64,000 bases of DNA from Tubiluchus corallicola (lineage: Eukaryota > Animalia > Priapulida): assembly GCA_030141605.1 (NCBI GenBank), contig JAQGDQ010000086.1:491418-555417 (forward strand), in the 5' to 3' direction. The notes below the pieces were generated by a model. That model was given only the letters and a program-made list of their open reading frames with translations, was not told the DNA's origin and did not search any database. Of the stretch, positions 53,771 through 64,000 are shown piece by piece. Both the position numbers and the translations under genes were made by a program. The stretch's first letter is position 1, and each line of letters starts with the position of its first letter.

Positions 53771-56049
53771 ATTTACAAGCAAGTGTATAACTGCAAAGAC
53801 TCAACGTGTAACCTCTAATTTAGCCATAATTGTTTGGTTAGTGAACTCTGGATAAAGGTAGCAGCCAGTCATAAAGTTTATAAGAACCACAGACAGCAGT
53901 CCTTCTCTCACTATACGACCATACTGGTATCTGGGATAGGCCTACTAATGTTAGCACCCTAGTAGACCAAGATGCCTTAAACAATATCATCAAATCTGGT
54001 GACATTATTCACTAGTGTCACCTTTAACCAGGACGAAAGGTCAAAGTCATACACTTTTTTCTGTGCTAAAGAATAGCGTATGCTAAGGTAACCGAATTTG
54101 GTGAGTTTATTCATATGCTAAAATCCACAATATCCGACATAAACACAGAGGTAAAAAGTCATCAAAGATAAAAAAAATTCAGGTCACGAATAATATCACT
54201 AAAACTTACCGAGGCTAAATTAGTGCAAAACACTGAAAATGGGAGTGTGCCCAGCAGCACAGGAAACAGAGCGTTAATGAGTGATGGTAATTAGTGTTCA
54301 GTAGCAGGGGCAACAGCAGCAGAGTACTTTTAAAGAGTGACAAGTGGACACAGGTCATTCACAGTATCCAGTTACAAAGATATGTTTTCACCTGGTACGA
54401 AAAAGGAGAGCTATAGTGGTTTGCCGTCAAAGGTCAAGGAATGGAAAATTCTGGTTCTCCTTTATTTGAAAGAGTTTTTGCCATCAAAGTGACCTTGACC
54501 ACTATAACCCAAGTCCCTACTTATAAATGCTCATTTTAAGTAGACAAAATATCTGTGCCTTATATGACTTAGGCGGCAAGTTAGGTCTAAAAGTATAGGT
54601 ATGCCATAAATTGGCCCTACCTATACATGGGAAACGAAAAACCTGAAGTCTGGTGATATTGGGCATTGGCAGTTTTCTGTCAAAGATGGGCAGACAGAGC
54701 AGACGAATGATCAAACATTAGGCCTATGACTCAAATCAGATTGTATGTTACATTATTATACTGCATTCGTGAAGTTGTAAATTCACTCAAGACCACATCA
54801 AGCCTTACTTAAAATGTAATGTGTCTACAGCATGCAAACCGTTAGATAACATGTCAAGTCTTAACCTTGGGCACTATCCTGTAGAAGTGGTTACGTGCAT
54901 AGCCGAATGTCTTATAATCTTATTTCGATAATTTTCATAAATTTAGTGGCATAACAGTTGCGTAAATCTTAAATTAGCAAGCGAATGTTCAGTTTTTTTC
55001 TGTTTCTTTTTACCTTTGATAGAGCTCAAATTCATAAGCTACACTGCAGGTTCTCCCAGCATCGAAAAAAGATAAAAAATCAGACAAGGTATATTTACTT
55101 ACCGTATTGACTATTAGAGATATAAGGCAACATCCTACTGCTATACACATCACATCGCCTGAAAGAGCTGACGAAAAGCATTTGTTGAGAAAGCATATTA
55201 ACTGTTCCACGAGAGCACGAAGCATGATAACAGTCACTGTTGCTCACAGCCATGATATTTCCTATACATCGGACATTCCTCCGGAAAACAGCTCCTGAAG
55301 AAAAGCTTTACTAGGCGCAGCAAACCGATCAAAGGCAAAACTTTCTTTTTTCTCAAAATCTAATGAAAATTGAGGTTCTCACTCTCGCTATCTGGTTCTA
55401 AAACATTAATGTTTTATCTTAAGCATGTATTTCCCAGTGAAAGCAAGAAACACTGCCGTAAGCAGTGTGTAATAATAAAGCGTTTAATTGGTGGAATTGA
55501 TTAGTTGCGACTGGTAATTACACTGTATTAACTGGCTTCGCTACAGCCTGCAGGCTTCATGCTTTCAGCACCGGCTTCATACTGCGATCTGACTACCATC
55601 TGGCATTTACAAAAGCAATTAATATGTAACTGACAACCAAACCATATGTTTGTGTTAGAGACGACGAAGCCCTACCAAAGAAATGGTCGTGTTTAGCTAC
55701 CTACATCATTTTTTGGAAGGTCTTAGACAGCCATTGTCGTTCGCTTATAGGTATTTGTGTATTTAAACAATTCCACAAATTTTACTTTTGACTGACTATT
55801 ATTTAAAGTGACTCACGAAAATTTAGTTCTTCCAGAATTAAATATGCCTGCCTAAACAAAACCCAAGACTATTATTAAAAGTACGTATACATGTATTGAC
55901 CGCTACTAGTTTTGAATGCTATGTATATTTAAAGTATGAATGTGTTAGGTGATAACCCCAAGTTTACCAATAATCATTAGCAAGTAGAGCACGGAATTAA
56001 TGAAAAATCTTACAATGAAAGCAGAAATTTGGATGATATGGACATTAAT

Positions 56050-56082
56050 GTATATATATATATACTATGAATAAATAAATAA

Positions 56083-56124
<42 letters not shown>

Positions 56125-56400
56125 GTATATCTAAGGCTATATATGTGTATAATATGTATATATCGTCGTTAGAGTGGCTACAGAAATATGGGTTAACAAA
56201 ATGTTCCCTTACATATTCCTTTTAAAATGGATAAAAATGGATAAATAGATGAAATTATTATATGCATAATAACAATACGTCAGCATCAGTTTCAAACAAC
56301 TTGCAGCAAGTTATCATTTAAAAACAGACACACAAACAAACAAACAAACAAACAAACAAACAAACAGACAAACAAACAAACAAACAAACAAACAAACAAA
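56050..56400. repeat. (TA)n, (TAAA)n and (AAAC)n microsatellites
   Basis: Direct reading at 56050-56121 and 56333-56400. Confidence 0.9.
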
Positions 56401-56904
56401 TAATTGAAATATTTGGCATAACATAAATCATGCTAGAAAACATTTTGTTTATTTTCATTGTTTCAGTAGTAGTAACGTTAGACAGCATAACCTAAGTTCA
56501 CATATTCAACAACTATATTCTACGTTCATAAATGCATTAAAATAAAAAAAATGTGATAGCAATAATATCTGCGAAAAATTATTTTAATATACCTTACAAA
56601 TTAAATCTAGGCGTACGAAAAGGAACACCATTAGTGCTTCTCGTAACTCAAGAGATTAAGACATGTTTAAAAAATAACAGTTGCTTAAATCTTTAAACTT
56701 TCCCGAGAAGCAATGCCGTGTTTTTTATTTGAAGCAAGATAGGCTACTCTAATAATTAATAAGGTATCGGAAATCATAGAAGTAATAATACATGACCGCA
56801 AATTAATAAAAGTGCTGCATGTGTTGTAATAATATAAGTTAATAAAACATACAAACTTACAAGCAGTTAATCATAACACTATTTGCATATCCATTTTTTC
56901 AGTA

Positions 56905-57276
56905 GCTTAATGTGGTGATCCACAAGGCTCTATAGGCCTATTTGGACCACTCCTAAAACATTCCTTGCAGATAAACCACGTTAATTCACTGCTGAGGCAA
57001 AAATACCCATTTTGATTCATTTTCACAAGGCTGGATAGTGGACGATCTACTACATTTGAATTTCATTAATTTTATTATCATTATTAATCATACAAAGTCA
57101 CTAGCAGCTAATTACAATAGCATTTGGCTAGCTAATGTGGTGTTCCAGAAGGCTGTATTCGCCTATTTGGACCACTCCTATACATTCCATTTATATATAA
57201 ACGATGTTAATTCAGCACTAATGCATAAACAGCCGATTAAGTTTTTTTTGGTAATTAATTCGTTTTCACAAGGCTC
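56905..57276. repeat. Old local duplication, period about 224 bp
   Basis: taatgtggtg..cca.aaggct..gcctatttggaccactccta..cattcc...ttttcacaaggct occurs twice. Confidence 0.75.
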
Positions 57277-58119
57277 GACTATCTATTCGCCATGCTCTGA
57301 ATACATTTATACCTTAGAGGTTAATGTGTGGCACATTTTATTTCAACAATGATACTAGCTTTCAACGTGCTTATATTACCGTTGTACTTTTGTATACATA
57401 TGTGATGAGAAATAGATAACTTATAACATAAATTTGCTATTAAAACATAAAGTTAATTCATTAAACTTAACTACGAAAATGTTCACAATAAGCCCTGTGC
57501 CTAAAGCAAACATTTGCAGTTAGAAAATAATAGAACAGAGCAATTTGAAACCAGTGTAACAAACGTTTTCAAACTAAAGCAAAACAATTTTGCAGCCCTC
57601 AACTGGTTGATCTAACAAGAATGACTAGGTTTCACTAGAAAGCCCTCTTTGTTAAAGCGTGTTTTATCTAGGCTACTACAACGCTCCTACAAGGCTACTA
57701 CAATGTACACGTGGATTTGCACATTATGGCTACTTAACTATTCTGTAAGACCGACATCTTACGACAATTGGCCTCAACGTTCATCTAATTTATCATAATT
57801 AATCAACATCTAAACTCAAATACCTATACTAAAATGTCATGCTAAAACTCTATAATCTGTAATCCTTTTGCCTATAATCTCTACTATGTTCTACTAAATC
57901 TCTACTACTCTACTACTATAACCTCTATAATGTTCATACTAAATGTATACGTAATGATACTTTCTTTAAACAAGTCTATTTAGTAATCTGTCGCGTTCAA
58001 CGAATAGTTCTCTTGTTGATTCGCAGATGGCACCACCTAACAGTAAAGGTTAGTTGTATTTTCATTGCTCCATTCTCACTCAGCGAAATGTGATTAAACC
58101 AACCCAAAAGCAATGGTGT

Positions 58120-61100
58120 TTAAGCGCGCCGGAAGTGACGTATCCGGGAGACAGTGGACGTAGTAGTGCTCCCTTGGTGTCGATTCATGGATTTGAGTTT
58201 TGACATCGTTGTTTCCGCTTCCTCTGCTCTGGTCTCTGCTTCTTCCAGCTCACACTGAACCTGCAAAAATTTCAGGGCTTAGATTTGACAGACTTTCAAC
58301 AAAACTAACAACCGTAGCAGTAAACTCAATGTTAATTCTTAGTGATTTTTGACTTGCGACTTTTTTCAAATTTCAAGAATTTCAAATGAAACCTAGTATT
58401 TTACTAAAATCAAAGACGATTTTGAAGCGTAAAATAAAAATACAGGATTGAAAGTGTAAGCACGTGTTGTACGGATTCATAATCACGTTTTATAATCTCA
58501 GCTCTATGCAAGGAAATTAAAACCGATAATTGGAGCTTTTACAATTTGAAAAAAGTAGCAAATCAAAAATCATTAAAAAATTATCATTTGAATTTTCTCT
58601 GATTATTATAAAATACGTATGTTGTTTCATTTCACGTAAAACCACATTTTGTATAAAACATGACTAATTAAAAACTTCGTCAGAGAACTGTAAACCTATG
58701 CTTGTGTTATGTTTCTTAAATTCGAAGAAAACAACTTTCTGCATAAAGTTATATTACTTAGCATTACGCTTACCTGTTTAAAAGATGTTATTTGAAAAGA
58801 AAATTGTTAAAGCACAAGAGAACCCTCGACTTACATCAAGCTTAAAGATTCGTCTCGAAATTTTGTATCACTTACGTACTGCCTTTTTTGCATGCAGAGC
58901 TTGCGTCTGCAGTAACGCTGTATAAAACTTGTAAATTTAAACTCCGGAGATGGCCGTTAGGCGCGGCCATTTGATGGTGAGTCATTTGAATCAAGGTTAG
59001 ATAACATTGTGTGAAGTTTGAAAAGTAATCAGAGCATTCGTAGCACACATGTTACTAACTAAGTAAAATTTTAAATTACTGTATTCTGTCAAAAAGATCA
59101 AAAATACTTTTTTTAGTTAGTCATAGGCTCACCCTGAAATTGTACTCACCATTGCACGAAAAGTTTTTTTGGGACATAATTTAACATTGCCTTTTCTTTC
59201 CCTGATTTACGTTTGCGTAGTGACGTCATGTAATGGCGCCGTCGGAACAGTGTTGCAGGAGATTTAAAATGAAAACAAACAAAAATTCCTTTTAACGCGA
59301 GTACGATATGTGCATAAGTTGCTAAAAAGTAATATAATTTTTTAAGGCAATTTTTCTGAAACCTACTTCAGGTACCCCTTTTCTTGTCCTTTAAAAATTT
59401 AAAATGTTTGCGCCAACTGGTAAAACCACACCGTATTACTGCGTGCACCACTACATGATTCACTAAAAACACATTATTTATCTTATTGACAACATAAAGT
59501 AATTTAAACTTTTGCTTAGTTAGCGAAGAATGTGCTGTAATGGTTCTAATTATTTTTTCAAATTTAAGCCTTACGCAATGTTATCTAAACTCGTTTCAAA
59601 CGAAATACTATTAAAATATCTGCGCCTAATGGTCATCACGGAATGTTTAAATTTACAAATTTTATACAGTTATGTTTCTAATACAAGTCCCGTAGGCAAT
59701 AAGACAGCATGTGAGTGATGCAAAATTTAAGTAGAGTTTTTTGTTTTATTTATGGAGAGTGTTTTCTCGACCTTTAAAGCAAAAGCCAGGTGTCTCGGGA
59801 AGTTGAGCTTATTTTAATATTCGGAGAAAATGTTAAGAAGTTTCAGCAAAAAAATTGTGAAAAGCATCTCGTGTAATTAGTAAAATTAATTTAAAGCTGG
59901 GCGCGCTCTGTAAACCAAGTAACCAGCCCGGCACCTACTACGTGCTGGCAAGTTTACATGCGTATCTAAAAGTCAACAAAAATCTGTAAATTAATTATTT
60001 ACACAATCATTGTCAATTACTTATACATTTTAAGGTGCAATCCCGTAGAGTAAGGCAATGTAACCACTCTAAATTTCATCATAATTGATCGAATGACTAA
60101 TTTCTAGATAAACACAGTTAAACACAACGTTCGAATAACTGAACTTCTGAGTGAACTGTAGAAATTTTTCAACGCGTACGCATCACCGCTTGCCTTCACG
60201 GCATTCACACTGCCTAGCAGGCACCAGCTTACGTCGTTTTTTGAAATATGCTGGCATCAACGTTCGTTTGGCGGAATATAAGAAATATTTAAATTTCTTT
60301 TACATTTTTAAGCAAAGCATTCTCTGCGCTCTGTAAACCAAGTAACGAGCCCGGCACCTACTACGTGCTGGCAAGTTTACATGCGTATCTAAAAGTCAAC
60401 AAAAATCTGTAAATTAATTATTTACACAATCATTGTCAATTACTTATACATTTTAAGGTGCAATCCCGTAGAGTAAGGCAATGTAACCACTCTAAATTTC
60501 ATCATAATTGATCGAATGACTAATTTCTGGATAAACACAGTTAAACACAACGTTCGAATAACTGAACTTCTGAGTGAACCGTAGAAATTTTTCAACGCGT
60601 ACGCATCACCGCTTGCCTTCACGGCATTCACACTGCCTAGCAGGCACCAGCTTACGTCGTTTTTTGAAATATGCTGGCATCAACGTTCGTTTGGCGGAAT
60701 ATAAGAAATATTTAAATTTCTTTTACGTTTTTAAGCAAAGCATTCTGTGAGCACATTTTGTATTGTGATTTCAATATTTTTAATTCTACATTAAAATGCA
60801 ATAAATGTTGTTCTAGGGTTGGTTCTTCCTTTAACATTGCAAAATCATTTTGTACCTTTTTAAATTTGCTCATGTTCATGTCAGCTACGGCTTCTGCTTC
60901 TTCGATCTGCTTCTTGTACAACTTCACCTTATCATTTAGCTTATCAATCATGTCAGTAAAATTAGAGTGAGTGCTCTTCAAACCATCCAATTCGGCTATC
61001 AAATCTTTCACCTGCCTCTCTAGTTTTCGGTTATCTTTCTGCGCAACGGATAGATGGCGCTGCGAGGCTTCGAGCTCACTCTGCAGCTCTCGAACCTGAT

Positions 61101-62319
61101 TCTCAAGCTTGGCGATCATTTTCGCACCACCAGAACCAGCTTTTGCTTCTGCTTCGTCTAAACGAATTTGCAACTCTTTTATTTGCTTTTCCAACAGATG
61201 GCGCGCATTTTCCTCGTTTTGGAGGCTGCTCTGTTTCGCTTTGAACTCCTCGTTCAGCTGAGCAATGTGCGTTTCTGCTTGCCGAAGTTTTTCAAGAAGA
61301 GACATTACTTTCTTTTGATTCTCTTCGATATCAGCTTGCAAAGTCGATGCTTCAGTTTCCAATTTTCTTTTCGATTGGTTTAGACTGGCCGTCTGGGCTT
61401 GCAAGTCCGCCATCTTGCCGCTTAATTCTGCTAATTCTGATTCCGCTTTGCGTTTATTCTGTTCTGAGATGCGCAGCTGAGACTGAAGGTCCTCTAGCTC
61501 TCTGGTGAGAATCTGGCATCTCCTTTCGCTAGAAGCACAACGTTCTTGAACGTCCCTGTTCAGTTCTTGTTCCTTTTCAAGATTTTGTTCCAGTTCCATT
61601 GCTAAATGCTGAAATCACAATTTTGAACGTTCTTTTAATTAGCCACCTCTTTCTTGTATTCTCCCCAGCCAATGAACAAATGTACCACAAACAGGTTGAC
61701 AAATTCATTTTTGAATGTGAATCGCGAATATAAAACAGTGTAAAATATTTTCACTGTTCTGAAAATTATTATCGAATGCGAATTTAAAATTTAAATTTGT
61801 TTCAACTTAGTTTATTTCATATCACTTGTTTAAGCTATTTTGAGAACCTACGCCAGTTTTACGTAATACGAATAATCCAATTGAATACATTTAATTTAGT
61901 CCAGAGATTCTATTTCAGATATTAGCCCCTGGTGCAATATGCATAGGGCCTAATCAAAACTTTTCTATTGATACAAGTACCTAATCGTTGCAGCTAACTA
62001 CCAGGGTACACTAACAATATTTGTAAACTGTGTGTAGTTATTTTCAATTCCGTAATACACAAAGAGTGCGAATGGAGATAAAAAATGGATAAAGGTTCAC
62101 AAAATTATTGTTTTAATATCGTGTGGACGGAGCTTCACTACTGAATTAAGGAAACTGCATAGATAGTGACAACGTTCACCAATAACTATGAATTTACTTT
62201 TTACTCACCTACACTTGTAAGTAATAAACCCAGGTCTGTTAATAATGTCACCACCACCATCATCATCGTCCTCATCATCATCAATCATACCAATAATTGA
62301 ATTTAACTCGTCATTGTCG

Positions 62320-62392
<73 letters not shown>

Positions 62393-63363
62393 CAATCAGA
62401 CCAATCTTCGATATTATTACCATTTTCGTCACTATCATTACTATCATCGACATTAACTACCTGTTGTTTTTTCCAGTTTTGCTTGGCATCGACTAGCTCC
62501 TTATTCGCTTGATCAACAGCTCTTTCCAAACTACTGATGTCACTCTCCAGCTTTTTCTTGCTCTTTACAGCCTCAAGTTTTGCTTTTGATTCTGCTTCCA
62601 GGCTTGCCTAAATTAAGGATAAAAGACATTTGTAAGGAAGGTAAGATATTAAGTTTTATTTCAGTCGCTAAGTGCAGCTCTCCAGTGAAGCTTGCAGAAC
62701 AGAGTAATTCAGGATTAGAACGGGTTAATCACTAACAGACAGTAAGCCCTAATGGGGTAGCTTAAAATACTGTTGACTTTTAATTTAAAAAAAAACGCAC
62801 GAAGCAACTCCATGATGCCGTATAGAAACAAGTAAGTCTGGTTTAAGCAGGTAAGATCCAAATTCTAACAGTGCAAAGCAACTGAGATTAAATCTTGAAG
62901 GAACGCCATGCACAGCGCCACCTACCTGCATGGAGTCTAGAGCATGTTGATGACTTCGGCGAGTGACCTCAAACTCTTCATCCTTCTCCACCAGACGTCT
63001 CTCCGCTTCTGATATCATGTGCCGCAGTTCCGCGTCCTTTCTGGCGCACTTTGACGCTTCCTGTTCAAGTTCCGACTCCACCTGTTCTAAGGCTGCACGA
63101 TATTCTTCAGCTTCCCTTTCGAGCCTCTTCATCATCCTTTGGGTTTCTACGGCACTGCGGCTGTCACCATCTAGTGCAGCATTCAGTTCCTTGATGTTTT
63201 CCTCAAGTTGTACGATCTTGCGCTTCAGTCCCTCAATGACGTCATCGTCGTTATCAGACTTAGCTTTTGTTCTAAGTAGTTCAGCCGACTGATATGCCAG
63301 TTCTCTGTGTGTGGCTTCCAATTGATTAGCAATGTCAGCAAGCTTGCCTTTCAGCTCAAGCAC
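58120..63363 (-). CDS. Mhc: Myosin II heavy chain (striated type, divergent), last four coding exons of the rod/LMM and tailpiece; 5' part lies right of the window
   Basis: Exons 63363-62926 (..EKDEEFEVTRRSHQHALDSMQ), 62607-62461 (ASLEAESKAKLEAVKSKKKLESDI..), 61608-60856 (HLAMELEQ..IKELQIRLDEAEA..KLENQVRELQSELE..YKKQIEEAEAVADMNMSKFKK), 58260-58120 (VQCELEEAETRAEEAETTMSKLKS..RRA*). All phase 0, GT-AG, colinear with the fly Mhc rod as recalled. Confidence 0.93.
58337..58580. mobile_element. Small palindromic MITE
   Basis: tagtgatttttgacttgcgacttttttcaaatt is inverted against aatttgaaaaaagtagcaaatcaaaaatcatta. Confidence 0.65.
58811..59390 (+). mobile_element. Kolobok-like MITE, full length
   Basis: ttaa|agcacaagagaa...ttttcttgtcct|ttaa. 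Confidence 0.85.
59903..60746. repeat. Near-perfect 423-bp tandem duplication
   Basis: gcgctctgtaaaccaag...agcaaagcattct starts at 59903 and 60326, with only a few substitutions. Confidence 0.95.
62250..62396. repeat. (CAT)n microsatellite in a myosin intron
   Basis: Direct reading; explains the poly-D/S/H ORFs. Confidence 0.95.
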
Positions 63364-63631
63364 CTAACAGGAAAGGTACCTTATAGACACTCAATATTAC
63401 CATATAACATAAACCATTGATTGAAAGAATAAAGAAAAGTCAAGTATTAAGAAGATACCTTGGAGCCCGAGTTTGACGCAGAAAAGTGACATGCAAACAA
63501 ATTAACCATTCTATTAATGACAAAGCATTTCAGCTAATTCAGGACAACTATACTTTATCACAACCATTTCAAAAGTTCCATTTTACTGCTTAATTGATAT
63601 TCAAGTGTAATACAATAATAATGTAGAGGGC

Positions 63632-63702
63632 ATTATTATTATTGTTTTTGTTGTTGTTGTTGTTGTTGTTGTTGTTATTGATATTGTCATTGTTATTATT
63701 AC

Positions 63703-63783
<81 letters not shown>
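63632..63783. repeat. (TTG)n/(TTA)n microsatellite
   Basis: Direct reading; explains the poly-N ORF. Confidence 0.95.
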
Positions 63784-64000
63784 TACATAAGAATTGTAAC
63801 AGGCGCTGCAAGTGATTTTTTGTTTTTATTAGCTTTCCCTATTTAAATACGAAGACGTGTTACAACAGGAAAGTTTGTCATAAATAAAAAAAGCTATTGT
63901 GAACTCAAATATTGAAAATATAGTTGTGAAGACTTTGCCAGATTTCTCGTTCCATTATCCGTACAATCAGTTTTGGGTATAACATTACCTTGCGACACTC

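Noticed and set aside
53416-53855. Poly-Q/T/L/V ORFs
   Set aside because: Products of a trinucleotide repeat that is open in several frames.
54210-54232. 23-nt micro-exon with good splice sites
   Set aside because: Frame-shifting, lies in a tgacc/ggtca-rich repeat-like region, and has no protein similarity.
55010-55075. Possible CaMKII exon 1 (..YEFELYQ|gt)
   Set aside because: Lacks the EELGK ending and correct length, and no further kinase exons follow.
62205-62512. Poly-D/S/H ORFs
   Set aside because: (CAT)n microsatellite inside a myosin intron whose flanking exons join in frame without it.
60712-63363. Paramyosin as the identity of the coiled-coil gene
   Set aside because: EEFEVTRRSHQHALDSMQASLEAE and the GGAKMIAKLE region follow myosin heavy chain rather than paramyosin.

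Overview
AT-rich animal (most likely protostome) nuclear DNA, not prokaryotic. Four spliced genes lie head-to-tail on the minus strand. From right to left: (1) the last four coding exons of a divergent striated-type myosin II heavy chain rod (58120-63363, continuing beyond the window); (2) a CaMKII gene with the CaM-binding remnant, linker and complete association (hub) domain in six phase-compatible exons (35358-49079), but no kinase-domain exon that I could find before the myosin gene; (3) a complete 8-exon, 282-aa mitochondrial porin VDAC (21545-30914); (4) the first coding exon of a Slowpoke/BK (KCNMA1-type) channel (18691-19032), whose first intron fills the rest of the window. The ORF track misses most VDAC and CaMKII exons because they are short. 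Introns and spacers are full of non-autonomous DNA transposons (TTAA-flanked Kolobok-like and piggyBac-like, hAT-like with 8-bp TSDs), LINE/SINE remnants, minisatellites and microsatellites. The most interesting signals are the apparently kinase-less CaMKII hub gene (alphaKAP-like) and the CaMKII-VDAC-Slo gene order, which echoes human CAMK2G-VDAC2-KCNMA1 on 10q22. All calls come from manual translation and recalled reference sequences; no database search was run.
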